A stretch of DNA of 64,000 nucleotides from Tubulanus polymorphus (lineage: Eukaryota; Animalia; Nemertea), in the NCBI RefSeq assembly GCF_964204645.1, contig NC_134026.1:15720150-15784149 (forward strand), given 5' to 3'. This document shows positions 1 through 11,740 of the stretch, in pieces. A program made the position numbers and the translations under genes. The notes below the pieces were generated by a model. The model saw nothing but the letters and a program-made list of their open reading frames with translations. It was not told where the DNA came from and searched no databases. The first letter of the stretch is position 1. Every line of letters begins with the position of its first letter.

Positions 1-178
1 TGCGTGGATTACCCTTATATAATGTGGCTGGGATCGAGGGGCTGGGTGGTGCGTGGATTACCCTAATATAAAGTGGCTGGGATCGAGGGGCTGTGTGGTG
101 CGTGGATTACCCTTATATAATGTGGCTAGGATCGACGGACAGGGTTTTTCCGTGGATTACCCGTGGCTGGATCGAGGG
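1..178. repeat. 49-bp minisatellite (about 3 copies plus a degenerate partial; may extend beyond the window)
   Basis: TGCGTGGATTACCC recurs at 1, 50 and 99, with a degenerate CGTGGATTACCC at ~151. Confidence 0.85.
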
Positions 179-185
179 CATACGA

Positions 186-256
186 GTTTGTCGGTTTAAC
201 GGTATGTCGGTTTGTCGGTTCGTCGGTATGTCGGTTCGTCGGTATGTCGGTTTGTC
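186..256. repeat. Degenerate 8-bp microsatellite (YGTCGGTW)n
   Basis: Run of tgtcggtt/cgtcggta units seen directly. Confidence 0.75.
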
Positions 257-339
257 TTGAAAAATACGCAGCCGATTACTCCTTTTCTAAAAATGTATCC
301 TTGAGCGGGAACTATTCCACGCTATACTGGACTTGAACC

Positions 340-718
340 CATAGTTAACCCTATATAGGCCAAATTTGTGTTTTGGGCCAAATTCGGTTTTCTTATCTAG
401 TCGACTTTTTTTCGGAACTAACAATAACCGAATATGCGCTTAAACTGTCACTAGGGAATGGGAAAAACACCATAGCTTCGTTCTTCTCGATGTTTTTTCC
501 CCCAAAACCCGGCACATTAGTACTTTGCGCGTAATAGTACATGCGCGTAGTAGCACATGTGGGTCAACATATCCATGTTGTGAGTTGACCCCTAGGTGGC
601 ACTCTTTCAAAAAAACGGAATGTAACGAACTGATTTCGGGTGAAATCTTTGCTCGCATCCCTGAACGACATTCTATCCAGAAAGGCAGAAACCCGTTATC
701 GCTGCTTGCAGCTATATT
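340..718 (+). mobile_element. 3' part of a Helentron-associated non-autonomous element (family 2)
   Basis: Colinear with 50640-51004. Ends GCAGAAACCC...GCTGC-TT-GCAGC-TATATT, the same end as at 50970, 52450 (minus), 56810 and 58311. Confidence 0.65.
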
Positions 719-734
719 TATTATTATTATTGTA

Positions 735-1068
735 ATTATCGTGAGATGTTTCAAGCGCATTCAACGGATGCATATGACGATTACATTCGTCGTAAAATTT
801 ACGCAGGGATGATCGTTCGTTGTAGGGCGGACTTAAATCAACAAGCGCGGAAAGGTAAGCCTGTGATATCTTGTGATTCTGTCCAAATCGCGTTTTCAAC
901 AAACTAACAGCTGCTGAATAATTGTCATTCGTCAATGGCAAACCGTCAATGCATGGTCTTGCATCGCCGATTAACACTCTTCAAATAGCTGAATCTTTCG
1001 ATTTCCGAAAATTGCGTGTTGAGATGAACTGACGTTTCGAATAAACCCCAGAACATTGGCCACTCTTA
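735..1068 (-). pseudogene. BEL/Pao LTR retrotransposon gag fragment (DUF1759-like)
   Basis: Translation EWPMFWGLFETSVH...ERFSYLKSVLIGDA..CIDGLPLTNDNYSAAVSLLKTRFG is a typical BEL/Pao gag pattern. Confidence 0.8.
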
Positions 1069-1736
1069 TGTGCATAAGAGCACGACCTTTTGACCCCGAA
1101 TATTGTGTCTGGTGCAGCTAACTGGCTGGATGTATTGCCCACTCGCTTCTTCGCACCTCTCCCTACGCCATAGTCCAGGAATCCCGGGATCAAAGTCCCT
1201 AATCCTGAGGATATCACCGACAGCAACAATCAAGGTAATCTGTAATGCAATCAACGTCCATCCCGAGTCAGCAGAAAAGTACACAGAAAAGGGATGGGAA
1301 ATTCCATACGACTTGTATTGCCAAGCAGCCAAAAATCCACAAGACCGCCTCTGCCAGAGTGTTCCTTTCTCAAGTCAAGCAGCCTTAATCGGCATAAGGT
1401 AATTCACAGGATCGGGCCTCACTTAGTTGGAAACAATGACAAGTCCTTTGCGTATGACGATATCCGTCTAGAACTTATCGATGACGATGAGCCTGAATGA
1501 GGAGACGATGATCCGGATTAAGGAGATATTACAGAATTTGAAGAGACATAAACTAATGTCCATGTCTACCGGAATGTATTTGATGCATTATTTACAGAAC
1601 CCATGAAGCATAGACAATTAAACAGAAAATAGGCCATACGTTGTTTTAAACCAATGGTTTATTATCTCAGTACAGTTAAATGTACCTAAAAAGATACATA
1701 ACCAATTGTGAAACTTAATAGTCAGACGCTATACGC

Positions 1737-1770
1737 TGTAATGGTTTCCTCTAGGTTATGATGAACACAA
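1737..1770 (-). mobile_element. Terminal 34 bp of the Gypsy 3' LTR
   Basis: TGTAATGGTTTCCTCTAGGTTATGATGAACACAA matches 22448-22481 with 2 mismatches. Confidence 0.85.
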
Positions 1771-2128
1771 GTAATAGGGGTAATGGGCTTTCAAGCCAAA
1801 GGTCGAACGGTCGAGCTCATTAAAAAACAAAACATTAAAAGTAATTTAAAACTATAATATATTTTCATAACCGTGTGCATTTTATATTATAACTAAATAT
1901 TTATTCTAAGATATCAATAATTTAAAAAGCATATTGTATAAATCAATTTATTTACAATACACAAATTCATATAATGAAATATATTTTAATAATAATAATT
2001 ATTCTATTATTCAACTGAAATACACACGGTTATGAAAATATATTATAGTTTTAAATTACTTTTAATATTTGTTTTTAATGAACTCGACCGTTCAAACTTT
2101 AACCTGAAAGCCCATTACCCCTATTACT
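1770..2128. repeat. Left terminal fold-back palindrome (~360 bp) of the viral block
   Basis: 1770-1882 is the reverse complement of 2018-2127 (8 substitutions, two 1-nt indels). The AT-rich core pairs imperfectly. Confidence 0.95.
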
Positions 2129-2334
2129 CTTAAAATAATCATATACATGAATAACATTTAAATTGACAGATTATTCAATATAAAAGTATATATTTACAAC
2201 ATTATTTCAATATTCATATTTGTGTGAGTTAGATTTTGAAACATTAAAAGTGTTAGTAAAGTGTGATTGATATAATGCATGATATAAATCATTGAACTTC
2301 TAAAATCAATTTTAACAAAAAATTTAGTATTAAA

Positions 2335-3707
2335 ATGGAAGCAAATAAGTACTACTGTCCAACATGTAATATCAATATAGATAAATCCCAAAAAGCAAGA
2401 CACAATAAAACTAAAACACATTTAGAGAATAAATTGAAATTAGAATATGAAGATGATATATTAGAAACTAAATCAGATAAATTAAAGAATGAAAAAGAAA
2501 CATACAAATGTGATACATGTAATCAATCATTCAGTGATAAAAGATATTATAATGAACATTTAAAATCTAAAAGTCATATAAGAAATAAGAATAATGATAT
2601 TTTAGGTGAAGATTATTTTGATAAAGATAATGATAAGAAACAGAAGACAATTAAAAGCATAAAAAATAAATTAAACAATAAAAGACCATACATGGAAGAT
2701 GTAAGAAATTATATTAATTCATTAGATAATAAAAAAGATATAGAGATAACCGAAGCATTTAAAAGTGATATTGGCCCAGCAGCTATCGAGTTTAAATTTC
2801 ATAAAGGAAAAACATTAGAAGAAAATAAAAAACATTTAGAAAATATGAAAGAAATAATAAAAATAATAACTGATGTTGAATATCCTAAAATTAGTATATC
2901 TTCTAAAGTTAAATTCATAAAATCTGAAGATAAACCAATATATAATATAAATTCTCATTCACAACGTATCATTTCAAAATAACATATAGATGATAAATTA
3001 GATAAATGTTATAATGAAGTAAAAACTAAAATAGAAGAGAAATATTTTGAAGGATCTGGTTTAATATTTGATGAAATAATATTTATGACTTTACATGTTT
3101 ATAACACAAAATATAATAAGTTAACTAAATCAAAACCAATTGATGAAAATAACGTATCATACTATAAAGAACCAGATATTGAAGCATCGAGTTATATTAA
3201 ACTACCATTTAAAACTAATGCTGTTATAAATGTACAAAATGAAGATGATAAATGTTTTCTATGGGCTATAATAAGTTGTTTACACCCAGTTGAAGATTAT
3301 AAACAACATAGTTTTAGATTAACTCATTATAAACCATTTGAAAATAATTATAAGATAGATAAGTATCCTGTTAGAATTAAAAATATCCCAAAAATAGAAA
3401 GAGATAATAATATAAAGATAAGTGTATTTGATTTAATCAAATTACCAAATACAAAAGGTAACAATATAAAACATTATACATTAGAACCTTTATACCTATC
3501 AAAAGATTATGATTCAAATGATGTTATAGATATACTATATTATGAGAATCATTATATGTGGATTAAACAAATCGATTTATTTTTTAAATCAGAAAGTGAT
3601 CACCATAAAATATATCTTTGTAGAAAATGTTTACATAGATTCAGTAATGAAAGTACATTATTTAATCATAAACAATTATGTGAAAATCATGATTATTGTA
3701 AATTAGT
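2335..3707 (+). pseudogene. Protein-primed-type family B DNA polymerase, N-terminal part (copy A), with one nonsense codon and a 3' truncation
   Basis: ORFs 2335-2982 and 3085- are in frame across a TAA, where copy B has Gln. Two C2H2 fingers and motifs EGSGLIF, SSYIKLP, INVQNEDDKCFLWAI, HYMWIK and CRKCL. Confidence 0.85.
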
Positions 3708-4529
3708 TGTTTCTGCGCATCGAATGAAGTGTTATCATTTCCAATTATTGGGGATCTTGTTTCAACTTGCGCACCTAGAATACATATCAAATAAGTTCTA
3801 ATAGATTGATTTATTCTTTGTATACCAGCTTTAGTAAAACCTTCACCATTTTCTAAAATGAAATTAACCCAACCATTATTGTTTTGTTGTTGTATATTAT
3901 TATAATATTTTGGTAATTCATTCCAATTTAGTGTTCTTATATCTGAATTTGTCATTATTTTTCCAAATTCTTTAGTATATGATGTTCCTAATCCACCCAT
4001 TGTTCCAACTTTTGCTCTAAAATCTTTATTTGAATTAATATTAAATTCATTACATATTTTATAAAATTTAGAAAAATTAATATTATTATTCAATTCTTTA
4101 AAATATTTTGAACCTGGTAAAGGACATTCTAATTCATCTAATATTAATTTTATTTGAAAATATGTATGAAATCTAAAAAGTGATAACATCAATGGTAAAC
4201 TTGGTTTGTTTAAATGATCATTCCAACTAATTCCACATCCTGTTGTTGCGCAATAAACAGCAAAATTTAATTGGTTCTCCCAATACTTTATTAGATTTTA
4301 ATAACCATTGTTTTGCCTCATTTAAATTTTTGAAATTAATTGTATACACATGAAATATATTTTCCATCTTTACATGAAAATTATTACTTTCAGTAACATA
4401 AATATATAAATCAATTAATGAATTTAAAACTTCATTTCTATATGTAATATCTTTATTAAAATCTATTGCTGGAATATAATATTTAATTGATTTATTATAT
4501 TGGAAAGCTTTTGGAAAACTATCTGCCAT
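3707..4529 (-). pseudogene. Conserved Polinton-like virus gene X (QLNFAVYCATTGCG motif), frameshifted and 3'-truncated; function unknown
   Basis: ORFs 4227-4529 and 3662-4192 are joined by the reading YWENQLNFAVYCATTGCGISWNDH. A paralogous stretch lies at 17868-18410. Confidence 0.65.
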
Positions 4530-4545
4530 TTATATAATTAAAAAA

Positions 4546-4980
4546 TTAATAATTTATTAATTCTTTTAATAATTTATCTTGTTCTTCAACTGTTATATGA
4601 CCATTTAAACTTATTATATAATCTAGTGTATTCTTTAATTTATTAATTTCTTTTATATTAGTTTTAATTTTTTCTTTATTACTTTTTATATTTAATTTTG
4701 AACTTATACCAGTTAAAACACTTGAACTTAATCCTAATACACCAATTGATATAGCTAAAGGTGTTAATGGACTGAATATTGCTAGAAATGTTATTACAGA
4801 ACTAATTGTAACCGAACCACTTATAATCATATAATATATAATTTTACTTTTTAAATATTTTTTCTTTTTTATCTTAAGGTCACTTTCAAATTCTAAAATT
4901 TGTTTTTCTAAATATATTTTTAATTTAGTTTTACTGATATCATGAGGAATAATATCAATATTATCAACTTTATCATCCAT
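4546..4980 (-). CDS. Viral 144-aa protein with two predicted transmembrane segments flanked by coiled-coil-like regions
   Basis: Intact ORF with hydrophobic IIYYMIISGSVTISSVITFLAIF and LAISIGVLGLSSSVL. Starts at TAAATG. Confidence 0.7.
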   Translation of the reverse strand: MDDKVDNIDIIPHDISKTKLKIYLEKQILEFESDLKIKKKKYLKSKIIYYMIISGSVTISSVITFLAIFSPLTPLAISIGVLGLSSSVLTGISSKLNIKSNKEKIKTNIKEINKLKNTLDYIISLNGHITVEEQDKLLKELINY

Positions 4981-5000
4981 TTATTTAGCAAAAAAAATTA

Positions 5001-5423
5001 TTAATTAGTAAATCTATATGCTACAAATATAACAATAACAGTTCCGCCTAAAATCCATATTATTTCATATTTCTGTTGTTCATTACTTGGGGTATAATAA
5101 TCTGATAAATTAGGTTTGTATAGATGTAATTTTTCTTTATTTGTAACCGCGTTATATAAACTCATTGCATCATCAACTGATTGAAAATCTCTGTGTGAAA
5201 TCTTCTGATCATATAATTCTTTATTGATGTAATTCATATAGTTTTGTCTCTTTTCTCTATATTATTCTGCTGCTTTATTGTATTTCTCTAATGCTAAGTT
5301 ATGTCTTTTTTGTTCTGTTAATGATCCATTTTTATCAATATGCTTAAATAAATAACCACCACCAGTAAATGCTAAAGCGTTAACAATTGCCGATCCTATA
5401 ATAGTTATAACTGCAGAAGCCAT
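5001..5423 (-). pseudogene. Viral ~140-aa protein with hydrophobic N-terminus and C-terminal TM anchor; one internal stop
   Basis: MASAVITIIGSAIVNALAFTGGGYLF...EQKRHNLALE is in frame with ORF 5001-5237, which ends IIWILGGTVIVIFVAY. Confidence 0.7.
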
Positions 5424-5552
5424 TTATTTAGTAAAATAATTACGCATTTATATAGGAGGAATATATTTTTGTTTTTCTAAATAATCAATAGTTAAATTAG
5501 ATAAAGTAACTGCTTATGTTAATTTTAAAATATCATTTATATCAAATCTATC

Positions 5553-5622
5553 ATGTAGAAGGTAAAACATTATCAGATGTAGAAGGTATAACATTATCAG
5601 ATGTAGAAGGAATAACATTATT
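5553..5622 (-). repeat. 24-bp tandem repeat x3 encoding NV(I/L)PSTSD
   Basis: ATGTAGAAGG at 5553, 5577 and 5601. Confidence 0.85.
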
Positions 5623-5972
5623 ATCAATTTCATTACTTTAAATATCAACAACACCACTTTTATTATTATCTATTTTACTTATTCTATATTTGAATTGATT
5701 AAAGTATTCTCCAAAATACTTACTATAATCATCATAAGGTATTATATAATATATAACTGATATCATTTCACTTGGACTTTGTATTTCATATATTCCTCCT
5801 TCCATTTATTATAGAATTTTTTATTAAAATTAAAATTTTAATACATAACACTATTCAATTGAGAATTTATAATATTTACGATAGGTAGAACACAATATCC
5901 GTGTTGACGCGATGAGGAGAGAATCCCACAATGATAATAAAAAGTCCGAAGATGAAACTTCGAGATAGTAGT

Positions 5973-6019
5973 TTATTTCAACGTTTCGACTATATCCTAA
6001 TAGTCATCTTCAGGAATAA
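5973..6019 (-). ncRNA. Minimal type I hammerhead ribozyme (Penelope unit 1)
   Basis: Reverse complement reads TTATTC-CTGAAGA-T-GACTAT-TAGGAT-ATAGTC-GAAA-CGTT-GAAATAA. Confidence 0.8.
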
Positions 6020-6328
6020 TGAGATACTACAGAAATTATGAGATATATATACAATCCAGAGACAAAGAGACTAATTCAAGTAATCAGAGATGATACAAAC
6101 TAAAGGAAAATTAACGTAGAAACAGTTACACGCTAAAATAGATTAAAGGGAAGCAAACTAAGGGGTGATTATAAACAACAATAGTGAGTATGAATATAAA
6201 TGAAACTTAAAGTCAGTAGTAAAAAGAAAGACAAACTAAGGGGCACTTAAATTAAAACAAAGGTGAATACAAGTTAAGTCAGAGACGAAATTGATGAGAG
6301 AACAAATAACAAATAATCAAAGGGGAAA

Positions 6329-8737
6329 TCAAGTGTTGAGTTTAACCAGTTTACAGAGGAATTTTGATATAAGTTTATTATGGGGTGAAAAACCATTGTT
6401 AAGGTTTACAACGTTGTTGGAATTTTCAATAATTAATGCAGATTCCAAAATATGTCTTCTAGTTTTATCGCTGCAAGGGTAAACTAATTCAGCATTAGCA
6501 AAATCAAAATTGTGTGAAGTCTGAAAAACATGACTAGCAACTCCGCTTTCAGGTTTAAAGTTTTTTACATCTAATTTATGCTCTTTTATGCGTTGATTAA
6601 GATTCCGACCTGTTTCTCCTATATATACTTTGTCGCAAACTTTACAAGGAATTTTATAAATTCCATAGTTTAGGGATTCGGTTTTCGGTTTGTTGTTAAT
6701 CAATATGTTACTAAGTTTATTATTGTATTTAAAGATAAGTTGTTTATTTAGTGACCGAAGAGAAACTTTAGAATTCTCGAGGAAAGGTACATACGGTACA
6801 ATGATAGGCTGTTTATCGGTAGCCAACGTAGGAGTTCTAAGGTTGTTATTTCTAAAATGCGTAGTACGAGCTTTAAGTAGAGCTTTTTTCAATAGGAAAT
6901 CGGGGTAGGCAAGTTTTTTGAGAGATTGGTTGATATGGTGAATTTCATCGGGTAGAAATGAGGGGTCGCAAATTCTCAAAGCGCGAAGAAATAATCCTTG
7001 AGCTAAACCGAGTTTAATATCCGGAGAAGTAAAAGAGAAGTAATGGAGGTAGGATTCAGCGTTGGTAGGTTTCCTATAAACCGCGAATTTCAAAAAGGAT
7101 CCACAGTTAAAAATCAAAACATCCAGAAAAGGTATTTTACTATTAGATTCCCATTCATACGTAAAAGCCAGAGACGGGTAAAGGGAGTTTAAATATATAA
7201 GAAAGTTATCAACATTGAAGTCAAAGGGAACCAAAGCCAGAACATCGTCAACATATCTGAGCCAGATTTTAGGGTGAATATCAGTGTAAAGAGGCAATAT
7301 TTCAGATTCAACATGTTCTAGGAATAAATTAGCTAGAATAGGACTAAGAGGATTTCCCATAGCGATACCGAATGTCTGTTCGTAAAAACAGTTGTTGAAT
7401 TCAAAAAAGGAGTCCGTCGTACAAATAGAGATAAGGTCGATGATACAATCCGTAGGAATGCCGAAGTTAATGTTAAGTGATGGTAATCTGCGTTTTAAGA
7501 AATCAAGAGTAGGTCCAAGAGGAACATTGGTAAAAAGGGAAGTAACATCAAATGATATAAATTTGTCGTTGCCAGGGATAATATTCTTAATACGTTCAAG
7601 TAAGTGTTGATTATGGCGAAGGTGCGACGGAGAGAACGAACCGAGCACCGGAGATAATTGTTTCGCGAGAAATTTAGATAACCGGTATGTAGGAGAATTA
7701 CAATTGGAGACTATAGGGCGCAGTGGAACATTATCTTTATGAATTTTAGGCAATCCATAGATATATGGTAAAGAGGGAAGACGTGAATGGAACTTATTCA
7801 GAGTTTCTTTAGCGCAGGGGAAACGTTTAATAATATCCGAAAGACTTCTGTTGAAATTAGCTTGCATACGAGGAAGAGGATTCGATTTAAGTTTCTTATA
7901 AACACCAGGATTATCCAAGAGAGATTGCATTTTAACATTATAATTATCCAAATCTAAAATCACAATCTTGCCACCTTTATCAGCCTTAGATATTTTAATA
8001 GTCTTTAACTTCCGTAGTTCTTGGAGGGCGAGCCGAAATCGACGAGGTAGATATTCAAAAAGGTTCCTGTTGAGTTGATCGCATATAGCCTGTAGATTCA
8101 TGAATATAAAGTTATAGTCCAAACTGTTCGGAGATGATTTGCGATATTCCAATTGGGTGACAAAGTCTAAAACATGTTTATCTTGATGAGGAAGAGAAAA
8201 ATTCAAACCGTAGCCGAGAAGTTGACACTGAGTAGAAGATAACGTGGTTGAAGACAAATTTACTATGTTTTCGGTGTTGCTAAATCTAGTCCAAGGGCTG
8301 GAATCAATGAGTTTATTCAGTTGGTTGGTAAGATCCACGGACTTTCTGTGCTGATGATATTTTCCAGAGCCTTGAACAATAGTGGAGAGCGATTTCCAGA
8401 GGAATAGGTCCGGTACGTGTGACTTCAAATAATTTTGAGATTGACGGAATTTGTAGAACTGATAGTTACAGTCTTCCTTAGCACGATCTATAGCGAATTT
8501 GAGTTGCTTGTTAGCTTCGGGTGGAAACGCAGAGCTGGAGTCGTATTTCCAAATCCAAGAAAGTGATCGCGGAACCACTTTTTCGGCATAACACTCCTGA
8601 AGGAACTTGACTTTACTTTTAGCAGTCCTGGATTTGATATAGCATTTCTCATAATTTCGGAAGCTAGCGACGAGGTACGGGAACGTGAAGAAGAAGAATT
8701 TTAATACGATATTTCGATCCGTGGGTAGCATGATCAC
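6329..8737 (-). CDS. Penelope-like reverse transcriptase with C-terminal GIY-YIG endonuclease (intact, ~800 aa)
   Basis: Motifs KADKG, YGLPKIHK, PLRPIVS, SFDVTSLFTNVP, GIAMGNPLSP, RYVDD, FLDV and GIYKIPCKVCDKVYIGET. No Neptune-type zinc-finger linker, so Penelope/Poseidon-type. Confidence 0.97.
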   Translation of the reverse strand: MIMLPTDRNIVLKFFFFTFPYLVASFRNYEKCYIKSRTAKSKVKFLQECYAEKVVPRSLSWIWKYDSSSAFPPEANKQLKFAIDRAKEDCNYQFYKFRQSQNYLKSHVPDLFLWKSLSTIVQGSGKYHQHRKSVDLTNQLNKLIDSSPWTRFSNTENIVNLSSTTLSSTQCQLLGYGLNFSLPHQDKHVLDFVTQLEYRKSSPNSLDYNFIFMNLQAICDQLNRNLFEYLPRRFRLALQELRKLKTIKISKADKGGKIVILDLDNYNVKMQSLLDNPGVYKKLKSNPLPRMQANFNRSLSDIIKRFPCAKETLNKFHSRLPSLPYIYGLPKIHKDNVPLRPIVSNCNSPTYRLSKFLAKQLSPVLGSFSPSHLRHNQHLLERIKNIIPGNDKFISFDVTSLFTNVPLGPTLDFLKRRLPSLNINFGIPTDCIIDLISICTTDSFFEFNNCFYEQTFGIAMGNPLSPILANLFLEHVESEILPLYTDIHPKIWLRYVDDVLALVPFDFNVDNFLIYLNSLYPSLAFTYEWESNSKIPFLDVLIFNCGSFLKFAVYRKPTNAESYLHYFSFTSPDIKLGLAQGLFLRALRICDPSFLPDEIHHINQSLKKLAYPDFLLKKALLKARTTHFRNNNLRTPTLATDKQPIIVPYVPFLENSKVSLRSLNKQLIFKYNNKLSNILINNKPKTESLNYGIYKIPCKVCDKVYIGETGRNLNQRIKEHKLDVKNFKPESGVASHVFQTSHNFDFANAELVYPCSDKTRRHILESALIIENSNNVVNLNNGFSPHNKLISKFLCKLVKLNT

Positions 8738-8830
8738 GATAGGTAGAACACAATATCCGTGTTGACGCGATGAGGAGAGAATCCCACAATGATAATAAAA
8801 AGTCCGAAGATGAAACTTCGAGATAGTAGT

Positions 8831-8877
8831 TTATTTCAACGTTTCGACTATATCCTAATAGTCATCTTCAGGAATAA
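8831..8877 (-). ncRNA. Minimal hammerhead ribozyme (Penelope unit 2)
   Basis: Same sequence as 5973-6019. Confidence 0.8.
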
Positions 8878-9190
8878 TGAGATACTACAGAAATTATGAG
8901 ATATATATACAATCCAGAGACAAAGAGACTAATTCAAGTAATCAGAGATGATACAAACTAAAGGAAAATTAACGTAGAAACAGTTACACGCTAAAATAGA
9001 TTAAAGGGAAGCAAACTAAGGGGTGATTATAAACAACAATAGTGAGTATGAATATAAATGAAACTTAAAGTCAGTAGTAAAAAGAAAGACAAACTAAGGG
9101 GCACTTAAATTAAAACAAAGGTGAATACAAGTTAAGTCAGAGACGAAATTGATGAGAGAACAAATAACAAATAAATAATCAAAGGGGAAA

Positions 9191-11600
9191 TCAAGTGTTG
9201 AGTTTAACCAGTTTACAGAGGAATTTTGATATAAGTTTATTTTGGGGTGAAAAACCATTGTTAAGGTTTACAACGTTGTTGGAATTTTCAATAATTAATG
9301 CAGATTCCAAAATATGTCTTCTAGTTTTATCGCTGCAAGGGTAAACTAATTCAGCATTAGCAAAATCAAAATTGTGTGAAGTCTGAAAAACATGACTAGC
9401 AACTCCGCTTTCAGGTTTAAAGTTTTTTACATCTAATTTATGCTCTTTTATGCGTTGATTAAGATTCCGACCTGTTTCTCCTATATATACTTTGTCGCAA
9501 ACTTTACAAGGTATTTTATAAATTCCACAGTTTAGGGATTCGGTTTTCGGTTTGTTGTTAATCAATATGTTACTAAGTTTATTATTGTATTTAAAGATAA
9601 GTTGTTTATTTAGTGACCGAAGAGAAACTTTAGAATTCTCGAGGAAAGGTACATACGGTACAATGATAGGCTGTTTATCGGTAGCCAACGTAGGAGTTCT
9701 AAGGTTGTTATTTCTAAAATGCGTAGTACGAGCTTTAAGTAGAGCTTTTTTTCAATAGGAAATCGGGGTAGGCAAGTTTTTTGAGAGATTGGTTAATATG
9801 GTGAATTTCATCGGGTAGAAATGAGGGGTCGCAAATTCTCAAAGCGCGAAGAAATAATCCTTGAGCTAAACCGAGTTTAATATCCGGAGAAGTAAAAGAG
9901 AAGTAATGGAGGTAGGATTCAGCGTTGGTAGGTTTCCTATAAACCGCGAATTTCAAAAAGGATCCACAGTTAAAAATCAAAACATCCAGAAAAGGTATTT
10001 TACTATTATATTCCCATTCATACGTAAAAGCCAGAGACGGGTAAAGGGAGTTTAAATATATAAGAAAGTTATCAACATTGAAGTCAAAGGGAACCAAAGC
10101 CAGAACATCGTCAACATATCTGAGCCAGATTTTAGGGTGAATATCAGTGTAAAGAGGCAATATTTCAGATTCAACATGTTCTAGGAATAAATTAGCTAGA
10201 ATAGGACTAAGAGGATTTCCCATAGCGATACCGAATGTCTGTTCGTAAAAACAATTGTTGAATTCAAAAAAGGAGTCCGTCGTACAAATAGAGATAAGGT
10301 CGATGATACAATCCGTAGGAATGCCGAAGTTAATGTTAAGTGATGGTAATCTGCGTTTTAAGAAATCAAGAGTAGGTCCAAGAGGAACATTGGTAAAAAG
10401 GGAAGTAACATCAAATGATATAAATTTGTCGTTGCCAGGGATAATATTCTTAATACGTTCAAGTAAGTGTTGATTATGGCGAAGGTGCGACGGAGAGAAC
10501 GAACCGAGCACCGGAGATAATTGTTTCGCGAGAAATTTAGATAACCGGTATGTAGGAGAATTACAATTGGAGACTATAGGGCGCAGTGGAACATTATCTT
10601 TATGAATTTTAGGCAATCCATAGATATATGGTAAAGAGGGAAGACGTGAATGGAACTTATTCAGAGTTTCTTTAGCGGAGGGGAAACGTTTAATAATATC
10701 CGAAAGACTTCTGTTGAAATTAGCTTGCATACGAGGAAGAGGATTCGATTTAAGTTTCTTATAAACACCAGGATTATCCAAGAGAGATTGCATTTTAACA
10801 TTATAATTATCCAGATCTAAAATCACAATCTTGCCACCTTTATCAGCCTTAGATATTTTAATAGTCTTTAACTTCCGTAGTTCTTGGAGGGCGAGCCGAA
10901 ATCGACGAGGTAGATATTCAAAAAGGTTCCTGTTGAGTTGATCGCATATAGCCTGTAGATTCATGAATATAAAGTTATAGTCCAAACTGTTCGGAGATGA
11001 TTTGCGATATTCCAATTGGGTGACAAAGTCTAAAACATGTTTATCTTGATGAGGAAGAGAAAAATTCAAACCGTAGCCGAGAAGTTGACACTGAGTAGAA
11101 GATAACGTGGTTGAAGACAAATTTACTATGTTTTCGGTGTTGCTAAATCTAGTCCAAGGGCTGGAATCAATGAGTTTATTCAGTTGGTTGATAAGATCCA
11201 CGGACTTTCTGTGCTGATGATATTTTCCAGAGCCTTGAACAATAGTGGAGAGCGATTTCCAGAGGAATAGGTCCGGTACGTGTGACTTCAAATAATTTTG
11301 AGATTGACGGAATTTGTAGAACTGATAGTTACAGTCTTCCTTAGCACGATCTATAGCGAATTTGAGTTGCTTGTTAGCTTCGGGTGGAAACGCAGAGCTG
11401 GAGTCGTATTTCCAAATCCAAGAAAGTGATCGCGGAACCACTTTTTCGGCATAACACTCCTGAAGGAACTTGACTTTACTTTTAGCAGTCCTGGATTTGA
11501 TATAGCATTTCTCATAATTTCGGAAGCTAGCGACGAGGTACGGGAACGTGAAGAAGAAGAATTTTAATACGATATTTCGATCCGTGGGTAGCATGATCAC
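9191..11600 (-). pseudogene. Penelope-like RT/GIY-YIG ORF, unit 2, with a +1 frameshift in a homopolymer near 9746-9752
   Basis: ORFs 9735-11600 and 9191-9688 are near-identical to unit 1. Confidence 0.92.
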
Positions 11601-11693
11601 GATAGGTAGAACACAATATCCGTGTTGACGCGATGAGGAGAGAATCCCACAATGATAATAAAAAGTCCGAAGATGAAACTTCGAGATAGTAGT

Positions 11694-11740
11694 TTATTTC
11701 AACGTTTCGACTATATCCTAATAGTCATCTTCAGGAATAA
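11694..11740 (-). ncRNA. Minimal hammerhead ribozyme (Penelope unit 3)
   Basis: Same sequence as 5973-6019. Confidence 0.8.

Noticed and set aside
1-178. Possible CRISPR array
   Set aside because: Whole units are repeated with no unique spacers, there are no cas genes, and the context is eukaryotic.
981-1500. Overlapping ORFs in a GC-richer patch
   Set aside because: No recognisable motif beyond the BEL gag piece ending near 1068.
2118-2133. piggyBac end suggested by TTAA next to the inner hairpin arms
   Set aside because: The outer arms lack TTAA and the termini are not CCCT-type.
1770-3707. A 2-kb TIR of a single Polinton pairing with 19425-20949
   Set aside because: The two sides are too diverged and differ in hairpin length and degree of decay.
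3708-3801. C-terminal part of ORF 3085-3801 as real PolB sequence
   Set aside because: It is antisense read-through into gene X beyond the junction.
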